A stretch of 64,000 nucleotides of DNA from Patescibacteria group bacterium (GCA_016861085.1 BOKR01000001.1:451271-515270); one strand, 5' to 3'; shown: positions 15,501 to 23,970, numbered from the stretch's first letter. Notes: a model not told the origin generated them from the sequence alone. Made by a program: numbers and translations.

Positions 15501-16664
15501 TGCGGTAGAAAGGGTTGACCAGGTGTTACTTGCAGTAGTGTATTTATAAAAAGTTGTAGTGTTTGCTCCTCTGGTGACATATAAATCACCATTGTAATAG
15601 ATACTATCACTACCAGTACTTAGGGTTGCCGGAGCATCTTGAGTCCCCAAGTATGTATCGTTGGTTGTATTGTATTTCCAAAAGTTATATGTTCCATTTC
15701 CTTGAAATATATACACATATGCATCACCACTATGATAGATTGCTCCGCCATATCTTGATAATCCAGGAAGTGCGGTTTTTGTTGACCAAGTACCAGTTGC
15801 AATAGTATAAGTATAGAAAGTATTGGTGTTGCCTTGTCTTGTTACAAAAAGGTCTGTGCCATCTGTGGTTATGTCGACCATTTCTGTCATAGTTGCAGGT
15901 ACATTAGTCAGTGCTGACCATGAATTAGCACTAATACTATACCTATAAAATGTCGCTGTGCTAATACCTCTTGGGGTGTAAATATAATCACCAACACGAA
16001 CTAAGTCAGCTCCAGCGCCAATTGTTGCTGGAGGAGCAGCAAGTGATGCCCATGAGTTTGATGAAGCTGTATATTTGTAGAAGTCTTGAGTATTGTTGCC
16101 TCTAACTGCATATAGATCTGTACCGTCAGTTGTTAGACTACCACCAGAATATACAAGATCAGGAATGTTGGCTAGGGTTTCCCAGGTATTTGCACTTATT
16201 GAGTATCGAGCAAATGTTTTTTGATAGCCACCAGCTAGTAGATAGACATATTCTCCTACTATTTCTAAGTCACCACCGGCATAAACACCTCTTGGGGTGC
16301 TTGCTAATTCATGCCATGTATCTGTAGCGGGAGTGTATTTCCAAAACGTTGTATCACCAACGCCTCGAGCAACGTAAATATTCGTACCATCTGATACAAA
16401 GGTGCTTCCAACATTAATTGCTAGATCTGGTGTTCTCCAATTACGAGCTCCCCACGAACCAGAGGCTTGTAATTGCATATCACCTTCTGAAATAGCTGTA
16501 GTTGTATTCGTTTTCGTACCTGCATTCCAATCAGCTCCTGAAGTAAAAGATGTTTCAGCTGCAAAAGAAACAGGCAACTTAAAAAATAATGCCAATAAAA
16601 AAAATAATAAAAATAAACAAACAACCCTCTTAAAAAAGTTGGTTTGTTTTACTGCGTAATTCAT
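9540..16664 (-). CDS. Giant secreted surface protein: two sets of 12 Kelch-like blades, jelly-roll-like domains and ~9 Ig/FN3 domains
   Basis: 2374 aa; signal peptide ending VSFA-A; 24 repeats of the form D-G-x-x-(I/L)Y-x-x-x-G...F(Y/W)-x-Y...W...P; FN3 motifs such as SWTT and LAPGTTYYY; Ser/Thr-rich. Confidence 0.88.
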   Translation of the reverse strand: MNYAVKQTNFFKRVVCLFLLFFLLALFFKLPVSFAAETSFTSGADWNAGTKTNTTTAISEGDMQLQASGSWGARNWRTPDLAINVGSTFVSDGTNIYVARGVGDTTFWKYTPATDTWHELASTPRGVYAGGDLEIVGEYVYLLAGGYQKTFARYSISANTWETLANIPDLVYSGGSLTTDGTDLYAVRGNNTQDFYKYTASSNSWASLAAPPATIGAGADLVRVGDYIYTPRGISTATFYRYSISANSWSALTNVPATMTEMVDITTDGTDLFVTRQGNTNTFYTYTIATGTWSTKTALPGLSRYGGAIYHSGDAYVYIFQGNGTYNFWKYNTTNDTYLGTQDAPATLSTGSDSIYYNGDLYVTRGANTTTFYKYTTASNTWSTLSTAPANFNDDTKGIVAGSYIYFFQGSNTSNFYRYDPAENSWTTMATTPAAVRFGASLAYPGSGDYIYGTRGATTLSFWRYSISSNSWDDVAVTDMPTDAEASYGSRMVSDGTDVYYLAGTGISRWFKYSVADNTWSELARSPFAPYYGTDIAFHNGKVIALAGWYKTDVWEYTIASDSWRKLEPLPGYLAQNVGPWAGASIEYDDNGSFYIFRGNSLTSILNYTPSAENFVSSGTWISEPRNLGFVASWTSLSSEQTTPSDSSISFQTRTSTDGSNWSDWETVTGGTIISPAQTYIQVKAILLAASGSNNTPVLSSISISYVGDTIDPSNPNTTVGSSQEVGGTALTSGESYTHVNPYFSWSGAADEQTSVAGYYVYFGTNNLADPEIVGEYQTASTYLVTKPFSTGTYYLRIKTKDSAGNISDATTTFIYNYTGISPAQSLLVGTTAEFTGSTTNTSVANDQIKLASRSSGFWVEETLTNAPAGLQYGAKNVAYVESSGKLYLFQGANNTTFYSYDIATDTWTTLTSAPATVHIGGGVVEGPEGYLYAMRGNNTTSFWRYSIEDNTWSDESAADAPLTAYYGTAMVYDGQQFIYVMRGNNDDAFWRYNTADDTWENLSNTDFGATNEAISNLSYISADLTIDTTNELIYATQGNLLDGFSVYNMNTNAWTVLPDLPSLPYLGSSIEYVPETNTVYYMPGYSIDKMFKYDVGAQAWTQVASSPYGFYYGGSLKLVGEYLFGFIGNNSTSVYKYNLNKDSWMIPNRGLFSREYLGTSYLNANYGADILKGDEDNFYILRGNFSDEFIKWNSATGTSTPLATAPVGTYTGSSLVYDSTANKIYLTGGIYVQKFYVYDIATNVWSEETSDPPPINTDYGTSMVYDGSRYIYMNRGGTGTQFYRFDTQGSSGTKWSALTASPAGLGYGAELARDGNYLYTLRGQNVANNPFYRYDITANAWSDPAVADLTTTVYNDGFLTNGGDGYLYAARGGNFFDFFKYSIIENTWTTLPNSPARISAGGSAESNGTNKIFMLTGGGTNSFQDSIYTYIQSTPTSAFEEEGTYTSQTHDLSSVYKWANLVVEYESASNTNLSIQTRSSSDATNWSSWTAVAATKQLGTTYTYQIKSPSARYIEVKFTLTSSDGIYSGVIDSYAINYFSDTTAPSNPLTPGFSAYSNNEPGSTIVTNTWYSHTAPYFDWPDAEITNGASDTSSGSGVSGYYVYFGTNAAADPFEDGELQTESDYTASGLVSGSNYYLLIKTTDDAGNIAAESWNPFIYKYDGEAPSAPANLVSDPSGYSAIDSFDFSWDTATTSGAPVSSYCYKTGAQSGEYATDQCISETEINNIPSHRVGVNTFSVRTKDAAGNYSSYSTVTYFYVNSDNAPAPPVNLTVTPSSNTANSFAFSWDPPATGTYFGSAANLSYYYSINALPSASTTTATSVRNLIAGAYATVPGENVFYIVSKDEAGNINYSNYAQTTFTANTSAPGIPLNIDIADVSVKSTSSWKIALSWEAPSDTGSGVSTYSIYRSTDGVNFTNRATSGGISFVDTGLTQQTYYYKVKACDSTNNCGAFSEIVSLYPDGKFIVPADLVSDPVVSSITTKKAVVSWTTARTADSKIAFGTSSGEYFDEEVANSEQVTSHSLTLSNLAPGTTYYYIAKWTDEDGNTGSSSELSFSTEPPPTTEEATVKSVGLDFALLEFTSQNAARIRVYYGESSAFGGITDIVTGTGKGTHTVQLTNLTDGIKYYYKINSFDSEGEEYEGEIHSFETLPRPKISNIKINQVKGTAQSTLLVSWESNTSVSSIVTYYPISSPASARDEVNIALKKGKHQMILSNLEPQTTYAVILKGKDIAGNEAAGEIQQVTTSADTRPPQITDLKVEGEIVGTDEVASAQLLVSFNTDEAATAQIEFGEGSGSTYSQKTQEDGTLTNHHLVVISGLTPGKVYHLRAISKDEFNNKAESIDKVVITPKATENALDLVMTNMSAIFGFLAK

Positions 16665-16729
16665 GTGTAGTAATCCTCATCAATCATAGAGGTTTTTTGA
16701 GGGAAAAGCCATAATATCTTTTTAGTACA

Positions 16730-17275
16730 TTATGGCTTTATTTGTAAATATTCAAAGCTTTTCATCTTGCTGTCAGATAATGCTGAGATGTAATCAGAAA
16801 TGGTATTATATTTTGATTCATCAGGATGTTGAAATCCTAACTGAACGATGATTTTTCCAAGAATCTCACGGACAAATGAAGCAGGAGCCTTGCCGGCTAC
16901 CACTTGTCTTCGCAATAGGATTGCATAATGAAAAATTACTGGTTCAAGCTCAACTTCAACAAATAGTTTTTCAAAAATCTCTAGTAGTTGGGTAAGGGAG
17001 CGATAAGCACTTAAATTTTGTTGTAGCACTGAGCAATCTTCAATTAACGTTGCTTGGGTTAGTAAAGGCAGTGATTTTGTTTCCACACAAAACGCCTTAA
17101 CAATGTTTCCTGGCTCTAGATACGCTCGTTTAGTAGAGGACATTTTTCGAACACCTTTGGCCACAACAGCAATTTTTCCAAATTCCTGAGTAAGTAAGTT
17201 GACGATTCTGTCGGTCTCACCAACATTAACTCGTTTTAAAACAATACCGGTAACCGAAAAAGTTTTGTGCCTCAC
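16730..17275 (-). CDS. recO: DNA repair protein RecO (short form)
   Basis: GIVLKRVNVGETDRIVNLLTQEFGKIAVVAKGVRK is the RecO OB-fold N-terminus; GTG start. Confidence 0.9.
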   Translation of the reverse strand: MRHKTFSVTGIVLKRVNVGETDRIVNLLTQEFGKIAVVAKGVRKMSSTKRAYLEPGNIVKAFCVETKSLPLLTQATLIEDCSVLQQNLSAYRSLTQLLEIFEKLFVEVELEPVIFHYAILLRRQVVAGKAPASFVREILGKIIVQLGFQHPDESKYNTISDYISALSDSKMKSFEYLQIKP

Positions 17276-17379
17276 ATTGTAACTATAATTGTTTTTACCT
17301 GTTTCGTATAGACGAATTGATATGTTTGTATTATTATGCTACATAAATGTATATATAGTTATAGAAAAGGACTAGATAT

Positions 17380-17862
17380 ATGAAAAAAATTATTGAAAGT
17401 GGAGCAAAAGAAGCAAGACAAGTGCCTCCAGAACAGACAAGAGTGATTCTCGATCGTACTACAAGAAAAGACCGAAGATCTGGGGAAGAGTATCAAAAAC
17501 AGATAGCAACTGATAAAGGACTACAACAGCTCTTGAGACAAAATAGACAGCCATTAGTTTTGTTTTACCCAGACGATGCTGTTGGAACTGCTCATATTGT
17601 CTTTCCACCTTCCTCGTATGTTTCTAGAAGAAATTATCAACAAAGAATTACAGACATAAGTTATGCTTGGGAGACTGATAAAAAGTATATATTTCATAGT
17701 AATCAACTCAGAGGGCCAAAAACAGAGTGTAGTTTTGCTAGAACCACGATAAGAGAAGGTATTGCTTTAGTTAAGAGAATGATTGAACTATATAGGAAAT
17801 CAGGAAAGCAGGCTGAAGCTGCTGATCTTCAATCGTATATTGACTCGTTATCAGTGCTTTAG
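17380..17862 (+). CDS. Hypothetical protein
   Basis: 160-aa ORF filling the gap between recO and the DUF4012 gene, with SD-like AAAAGGA upstream; no recognisable motif. Confidence 0.7.
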   Translation: MKKIIESGAKEARQVPPEQTRVILDRTTRKDRRSGEEYQKQIATDKGLQQLLRQNRQPLVLFYPDDAVGTAHIVFPPSSYVSRRNYQQRITDISYAWETDKKYIFHSNQLRGPKTECSFARTTIREGIALVKRMIELYRKSGKQAEAADLQSYIDSLSVL

Positions 17863-17870
17863 CTGATCCT

Positions 17871-19865
17871 TTAAAAGAATGTCTCGTAGGTTGTGTCTTT
17901 TTTAACCTCGATGATTTCTTGACCACCAGTGATATCCATCAGGTTTTGGACAGATTCAATACCACCTTGTTTCCAAATGTTCACCTTGTAGTCAGTCTGG
18001 TTTTCGTAAGGCACTGTATAGGTGAATGAGAGTTTGGCAGACCCAAGTGGTTCAAGTGTAAAAAAGCCATCAATTACAGTGAAGCCATTCTCATCATACG
18101 TTTTTGCTTCTTCCAAGAATCCTTGTGCTTCGACAAGTTGCGAACCCTGAGGCACATATAATCTGGTCCAATCTTTTAAGGTAGAATTTAAGCACAATAA
18201 ACCTGCCTCAAGGTTACAGTTATCAGCTTTGTGATTATTTTTGTAGGTAATTTCGACAGTTTTAGTAATCATTCCATCAACTGGAACTTCAGTTACTGTT
18301 TGTTTGACTTCATAGGTAATAAAAAGATTTGATTTTGCACCAGCTAGGTTTGCATTCACAATCCCAAGAAAATCTTCACCATTTTTTGGTGGAGTCATTC
18401 TGCCGGCAACATTGGCAAGTTCAGCTGCATTTTGTGCATCTTGATCAATAAAGTAGAACTGTGCATGTCTATTTTGAATGCTCTCAAATCCAGTCTTAAA
18501 CAATTCTGGCCAGGTTTGCTTTGGTGCAGTATAAGCCTTGGTTAACAATGAGCGCATTAGAGGCCCTAAAATACCTTTTCTATCTTCTCTCAAGTATGGT
18601 GTTGGTCTAGTAATGATTTCAGATAAGATATAGATAATCTGTGGGCAGTCACAACGAGTATCGTTTTCCGCAGTAAATGTACCGTACCCGGGAACCTCGA
18701 CTGGACCTAACACTTTCATTAGATTGGTCAAAAAATGGGTATCAACAGAAATGATCCCGTCAATATCCTGTGGTTCACCTTTCACAGTTTTGTAGTTCTC
18801 AAAAAAGAGATCCATTGCTATCTTAAAGTCTGGAGAGATGTTCATATCTCTAAGATTAAAATATCTTTCGGTTGTTAAATAACGGCCGAGCTCTTCGGGG
18901 ATAGCAATATTTTTGGTGAACTTTTGATCTAACTCATAAATATCGTCAGATTTTTCTGCTTCTACTTTACCGTCAGTGACGTTAATGATTGCATAAGCAG
19001 TTAAAAAGCCTCCTGTTGGGCGCAATTCATTATCATTTTGGAAAAGAATAAGATACTTCTTTTTTTGCCCACCAGAGCCAGCTACTTTTGGTAGTTGTTC
19101 AATCACTGGACGATACTCAACTAATCCATCGGCAGCTCCTGCACTCATCTCTTGGGCCATAAGGATGTACTCTCTCACTGGAATTCCTTTGAGTGTCTCT
19201 GGGTATCTTTTAGCATTGATGCTACCAAGTTCTGATTTAACTGTATTTAAATCAGTGCCAATGTCATCAAGGATGGGTGATACTTTTTCAAGTGTACCGA
19301 GAATGACCTTTAGGCGGTCTTCAGTTGTACCACCGGTGAATTCTGCACCAGCAAAACCTAAAACATCTGCATACGGGGTCACAGCGGTAACAGATTTTTT
19401 AGCAGCACTCAGTCCCGCCTCAGCAGCATTAAGACCATGTAATCCATCTTTATAATAGCCACTGGCAATAGGAACTATAGAATAAAAACCTAGCTTTTGA
19501 TATGTATTTTTGACAGTCTGAAACTCTGTCTCAAGTTCATTGAGCGTTTTTTCAGCTTCCGGCAAATTTTGGGCTTTAAATAGATCATAGGTAGTTTGGG
19601 CTTTAGCTTTGAGTGGTATAACCTGAGCTTGGAGTTCTCGAGCTACTGCGTAAGTATACACACCCATGATAGTGAGTACGAATGTGAGTACGAGCACTAC
19701 AACGATTCCACCCATGAGAACAGGTTTTTGTTTCAATTTCTGAACTAGCGTTCCACGACGAGATCTACTCTCACTTGTAACTGAGTTTTCGTTTATTTGG
19801 TACTCAAACGAATCTACAGAGGTAGTAACAGAAGTATCTTTAAGTTCGGTTTCTTTTTCTAGCAT
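17871..19865 (-). CDS. DUF4012-family membrane-anchored protein
   Basis: One TM, long helical region, then LFQNDNELRPTGGF, RDMNISPDF and NLAGAKSN. ATG at 19865 preferred over the track's TTG at 19871 because TGATATACT lies 7 nt upstream. Confidence 0.8.
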   Translation of the reverse strand: MLEKETELKDTSVTTSVDSFEYQINENSVTSESRSRRGTLVQKLKQKPVLMGGIVVVLVLTFVLTIMGVYTYAVARELQAQVIPLKAKAQTTYDLFKAQNLPEAEKTLNELETEFQTVKNTYQKLGFYSIVPIASGYYKDGLHGLNAAEAGLSAAKKSVTAVTPYADVLGFAGAEFTGGTTEDRLKVILGTLEKVSPILDDIGTDLNTVKSELGSINAKRYPETLKGIPVREYILMAQEMSAGAADGLVEYRPVIEQLPKVAGSGGQKKKYLILFQNDNELRPTGGFLTAYAIINVTDGKVEAEKSDDIYELDQKFTKNIAIPEELGRYLTTERYFNLRDMNISPDFKIAMDLFFENYKTVKGEPQDIDGIISVDTHFLTNLMKVLGPVEVPGYGTFTAENDTRCDCPQIIYILSEIITRPTPYLREDRKGILGPLMRSLLTKAYTAPKQTWPELFKTGFESIQNRHAQFYFIDQDAQNAAELANVAGRMTPPKNGEDFLGIVNANLAGAKSNLFITYEVKQTVTEVPVDGMITKTVEITYKNNHKADNCNLEAGLLCLNSTLKDWTRLYVPQGSQLVEAQGFLEEAKTYDENGFTVIDGFFTLEPLGSAKLSFTYTVPYENQTDYKVNIWKQGGIESVQNLMDITGGQEIIEVKKDTTYETFF

Positions 19866-19896
19866 ACTCAACAGTATATCAAAAATATGGTAGTAA

Positions 19897-20517
19897 TTAC
19901 CACTTGGAAATCATTGCTTGCGGTGTTTTGAATAAAATTGTGATGTCCGTAACTATTGATCTTTTTTTAGCGTAATCAGCATCCATTTTTGCTCTGACAT
20001 TAAACGGCACTTCATTTCTACCAGAAGTTTGCCAAGGTCCAGTGATTCCTGGTTTGACAGACAAAATTAAGTCTTTGTACTTTTTAGTTTCTGGATATTT
20101 TTGTGTTTGTTCATCAAGCTCTTTTTTTACATATGCTCGTGGGCCAACCATGCTCATTTCACCACGAATAACATTATATAACTGTGGAAATTCATCAATT
20201 GTGAGAGATCGTAGTGCTTTTCCTAGCTTGGTAATTCTTGGGTCATTCTCAATTTTCCAATCACCTTGTTTAAATTTTTTAAGTAAAGACTTATTGTGTT
20301 TATGCAAAATTTCATCAGCATTTGGAATCATTGAACGAAACTTAAAGAGCTCAAACTCTTTGCCATTTAAGCCAACTCGTTTATGTTTGAATAAAATAGG
20401 TGAACCGGAATCAAGATAGATCATGAGTGGAACTATTATCCACACGGGAAGAAATATGATCATCAATATGAGGGCAACAGTAATATCAAGAATTCGTTTT
20501 TGTTGTGTGTAATTCAT
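19897..20517 (-). CDS. Priming (undecaprenyl-phosphate) sugar phosphotransferase, small monotopic PGT
   Basis: KRILDI, FKFRSM, DPRITKLGKALR, IDEFPQLYNVIRGEMSMVGPR and KPGITGPWQTSGR. Confidence 0.92.
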   Translation of the reverse strand: MNYTQQKRILDITVALILMIIFLPVWIIVPLMIYLDSGSPILFKHKRVGLNGKEFELFKFRSMIPNADEILHKHNKSLLKKFKQGDWKIENDPRITKLGKALRSLTIDEFPQLYNVIRGEMSMVGPRAYVKKELDEQTQKYPETKKYKDLILSVKPGITGPWQTSGRNEVPFNVRAKMDADYAKKRSIVTDITILFKTPQAMISKW

Positions 20518-20519
20518 AT

Positions 20520-21623
20520 CTACAAATATTCTTTCTTATCTTCTTCTTTGAGTCGCTCAACAAATTTTTTGACGTCTTGACTCTGAGATTTTGGTATTAT
20601 CATCAAAATCTCACCTGTGTCAATAACAATCATGTCATTAACCCCAAGTATGGCCACTAATTTTCCATCGGCATGAATAAGATTGTTCTGCGAACCGATA
20701 GCAAGCACTTTTCTTGTGGCGTCATCACCAATGACTACGTTTCCGGCAAGATCTTTCTTTTCAAGATCATATACAACTTTCCAATCTCCAACGTCATCCC
20801 AGCCGAAATCACCAGGGATTAAAACTAGGTTGGTTGCTTTTTCTGAAATTGCATAGTCAACAGAGATTGATTCAGCTTTATCATAAATTGCAGGTAGTGC
20901 TTCATGGAACTTCTGTCCTTTGAGGTCTTCTAGTCCTGCTGTAAGCTCATACATAGTATGCATATGCGTTTGAAAAGCTCTTTGTAGCACGCCACTTGAC
21001 CAGACATACATATTTGCATTCCAAAAGTATTTTCCAGTAGAGATAAATGCTTTTGCAGTTGCTTCGTTAGGCTTTTCAGTGAAACTTGCTACCTTGAATA
21101 AAGAGAGACCTTGTCCTAGCTTCATTAAATCATCACCAATCTTAATATAACCAAACCCTGTTGCAGGTCTATTTGGTGCAATACCGACTGTAACTAAAAA
21201 ATCATTTTCTGCAGCAGTTTGTGCTGCATGTTTCATAACTCTGATAAATTCTTGTTGATCAGTTACAATATGATCAGAAGCAAGATTGATACAGACAGCT
21301 TCTGGATCAATTGATTTAGCATAGAGTGCACCAGTAAGCATTGCTAAGGCAGTATCTCTTTTTAGTGGTTCGGCAATAATGTTAAGTAGTGGAACCTCTG
21401 GGAGCTGTTTGTGAACTTCATCCTTGTATAGATTGTTGGTAACAACAATAATTCTTTCCCAAGGAATAATTTTTGTAATCCTTGAAACTGCGATTTGCAT
21501 CATGGTTTCATTACCAATCAGCTTTAGAAACTGTTTTGGTGTTTTATTTCTAGATTTTGGCCAAAGCCTGGTTCCACCACCTCCAGCCAAAATAACTGCA
21601 AATGTGTGATCAAGATACGACAT
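20520..21623 (-). CDS. manC: Mannose-1-phosphate guanylyltransferase
   Basis: VILAGGGGTRLWPKSR..PKQF, EPLKRDTA, SDH, TGFGYI, FTEKP, WNA, SVDYAISEK and GWDDVG. Confidence 0.92.
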   Translation of the reverse strand: MSYLDHTFAVILAGGGGTRLWPKSRNKTPKQFLKLIGNETMMQIAVSRITKIIPWERIIVVTNNLYKDEVHKQLPEVPLLNIIAEPLKRDTALAMLTGALYAKSIDPEAVCINLASDHIVTDQQEFIRVMKHAAQTAAENDFLVTVGIAPNRPATGFGYIKIGDDLMKLGQGLSLFKVASFTEKPNEATAKAFISTGKYFWNANMYVWSSGVLQRAFQTHMHTMYELTAGLEDLKGQKFHEALPAIYDKAESISVDYAISEKATNLVLIPGDFGWDDVGDWKVVYDLEKKDLAGNVVIGDDATRKVLAIGSQNNLIHADGKLVAILGVNDMIVIDTGEILMIIPKSQSQDVKKFVERLKEEDKKEYL

Positions 21624-21624
21624 A

Positions 21625-22836
21625 CTATCCTTTCAGTTCTTTCTCTACTCTCGCTTTAAACTCTCGTTTGAATTTTTCTACTGAGTATTGCATAGCATGA
21701 GCGCGCAGCTGCTGTGCATCAAAACTCAATGAATCTAGCTTTCCAAGAGCATATATCATTTCAGATACTGTTTCTTTTTTTATATGTATAGCGTGTACAC
21801 TGTCTTGCAATAATTCAGCAACACCGCTTGTATAAAATAGTATCACAGGTTTGCCAAAAATTCCTGCTTCAAGTCCGGTGATACCAAAATCTTCTTGTCC
21901 TGGCATTAATACAGCCTCGCAGTTTTTGAAGAGTGTATACGTTTCTTTTTGTGATAATTTCCCGGTAAATAGGATTGTTTTGTTTTCTTTTGTAGCTCTT
22001 TGCATAAATTGTTCAATTGATTCGGAATCCTCTTTAATACATTTTTCGCCTCCGGCAAGACTGTGTAGTTTTTGTTTGGATTCACCTTCTCCTACAATGA
22101 CAAGGGGCTTTTTAAGTTTTAGGCAGGCACTGATACTCAAATCAATTCGTTTGTATTCTACAAGTCTGGAAATGCTTAAGTAAAATTTTTTGACTCCGTG
22201 TAATACTGGAAGATCATTTATTTCTTTTTCAGACAAGAGAACTGAAACTGGCGGATAGATGACTGGTGCAGTTTTTCTGTTATAAAAGGTTTTTACCCGT
22301 TGTGCAACAAGTTTTGAAATAGGAACAATAACATCAGGTCTAGTGCTAGCAGACAAATCCCATTTTTTAATATGGTTTAGAATTTTTTCTACTAATTGCT
22401 TCATAATTGGTAGTTGCAAATACCATTTACTGCTCAAATAGGTTTCATGGTGTGAGTATAAGTAGCGGGTCGGAGTAAGCATATAGCAGATATGTTTCTG
22501 ATTTGGTTTGGTTAATACTCCTTTTGCTTCAGCACTGGTAACTGAAATCACAATGTCATATGCGGATAAGTCAAAAGATTCAAATGCAAGCGGCATCAGT
22601 GGCAGCAATACTTGATGTTTATCGTTGAAGAATGGGATTTTTTGTAGGAATGATGGAATTATTGTAATATTTTTTGCCCATTGAGCCTTTTGAGAATGAT
22701 AGACTGAGGTAAAAATCGGAGCTTGTGGAAAAAGCTCATGAATAGCAGTTAATACTACTTCTGCACCCCCATATGACGTGTTTACTCGATCATACACAAG
22801 AGCTACAGAAGGTGTGTGTTTTTGTTCTTGGTTCAT
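21625..22836 (-). CDS. Glycosyltransferase family 4 (WbaZ-like mannosyltransferase)
   Basis: GGAEVVL, FDLSAYDIVIS, TPTRYLY, SRLVEYKRID and EDFGITGLEA. Confidence 0.88.
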   Translation of the reverse strand: MNQEQKHTPSVALVYDRVNTSYGGAEVVLTAIHELFPQAPIFTSVYHSQKAQWAKNITIIPSFLQKIPFFNDKHQVLLPLMPLAFESFDLSAYDIVISVTSAEAKGVLTKPNQKHICYMLTPTRYLYSHHETYLSSKWYLQLPIMKQLVEKILNHIKKWDLSASTRPDVIVPISKLVAQRVKTFYNRKTAPVIYPPVSVLLSEKEINDLPVLHGVKKFYLSISRLVEYKRIDLSISACLKLKKPLVIVGEGESKQKLHSLAGGEKCIKEDSESIEQFMQRATKENKTILFTGKLSQKETYTLFKNCEAVLMPGQEDFGITGLEAGIFGKPVILFYTSGVAELLQDSVHAIHIKKETVSEMIYALGKLDSLSFDAQQLRAHAMQYSVEKFKREFKARVEKELKG

Positions 22837-22840
22837 GAAA

Positions 22841-23944
22841 CTATTTTTTTTTCACGATATCTTGATACACTTCTAGGGTTTGTGCAGCCATTTTTTCCCA
22901 GGAGTAGTTTTTCACGAGTGCTTTTCCTTCAAAGTTTGTTTTGTCGGAACTTTGTTCTAATGCATGAACTGCTTGGATAAATGAAGCGGATGAGTGAGGA
23001 CTAAAGTAGAAGGCAGCATTTTGATAAATTTCCTTGAAAATAGGAATATCTGAAGCCAATACTGAAGTTCCAAATGACATGGCTTCGATTCCCGTTAGGC
23101 CAAACCCTTCAGAGAAGGATGGTTGTACTAACGCAGTAACTTGCTGATAGAGCTGTGCTAATTTTTCATCAGGAACATATCCTAAAAATTCTACTTGTTC
23201 CTCAACACCTTTTTGTTTCACATATGCTTTAACTCTATCCTGGAAGACACTTCTGGCGCCTGCAATTAGTAATCTATATTTTGGTAAGGATCCAAGAGAT
23301 TGTAAAATGAGATTTAAATTTTTGTGTGGATACAATGATCCAACATACAACAAAGTATTTTTTAGTTTTGGTTGGTGTGTTATTTTTTTGGGATCAGCAA
23401 TTTCTGCTCCTTCTTTTGTAACTACAATTTTTAATTTCGTCTTTGGATAAAATTTAATGACTGTATTTTTAATCGTTTCAGCTGGCACAAGTATTTTTTC
23501 AGCTTTATGAACAGCAATTCTAGTGACAAGTCTATAAAAAAGATATTTCATTACATATTTGATTGGACTGAGTGTCGTAACAGAACTACCTTTATATTCA
23601 TGCCACAACAGATCATGAATAGTGATAATCAGCTTACCTTTGTAAAAAATTGGAATATTAAAGTGAGGAACGTGTAGTAAATCCAGATTTTCTGCTGCAA
23701 ATTGTTTTGGAAGCTCAATTTGTTCTGCTAGGGTGTAATGTCTAATTGGGGTGTAAACAACTAAAAGATTTTTATTATTTCTATAGGGACCTAGAACAGC
23801 TGTTGCTTGCTCTTCATTATAGAAAAAGCATACAAAGATATCTCTTTTATTTTGTTTAAGCGCTTCTCTAAGAAGATTTTGTGTGTATCTACCGATACCT
23901 GCGTGTTGAGCGCCAGATAGTCGAGCATCGATTCCAATTCTCAT
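22841..23944 (-). CDS. Glycosyltransferase family 4 (MtfB/WbpY-like)
   Basis: IGIDAR, GIGRY, ITIHDL, HKNL and EGFGLTGIEAM. Confidence 0.9.
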   Translation of the reverse strand: MRIGIDARLSGAQHAGIGRYTQNLLREALKQNKRDIFVCFFYNEEQATAVLGPYRNNKNLLVVYTPIRHYTLAEQIELPKQFAAENLDLLHVPHFNIPIFYKGKLIITIHDLLWHEYKGSSVTTLSPIKYVMKYLFYRLVTRIAVHKAEKILVPAETIKNTVIKFYPKTKLKIVVTKEGAEIADPKKITHQPKLKNTLLYVGSLYPHKNLNLILQSLGSLPKYRLLIAGARSVFQDRVKAYVKQKGVEEQVEFLGYVPDEKLAQLYQQVTALVQPSFSEGFGLTGIEAMSFGTSVLASDIPIFKEIYQNAAFYFSPHSSASFIQAVHALEQSSDKTNFEGKALVKNYSWEKMAAQTLEVYQDIVKKK

Positions 23945-23970
23945 ATCATTTATTATACTCTATATACGAA

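Noticed and set aside
12400-16450. Periodic sequence in the giant gene as a possible CRISPR array, DGR or DNA tandem repeat
   Set aside because: The periodicity is at the protein level (diverged Kelch-like blades); I saw no identical DNA repeats, spacers, cas genes or reverse transcriptase.
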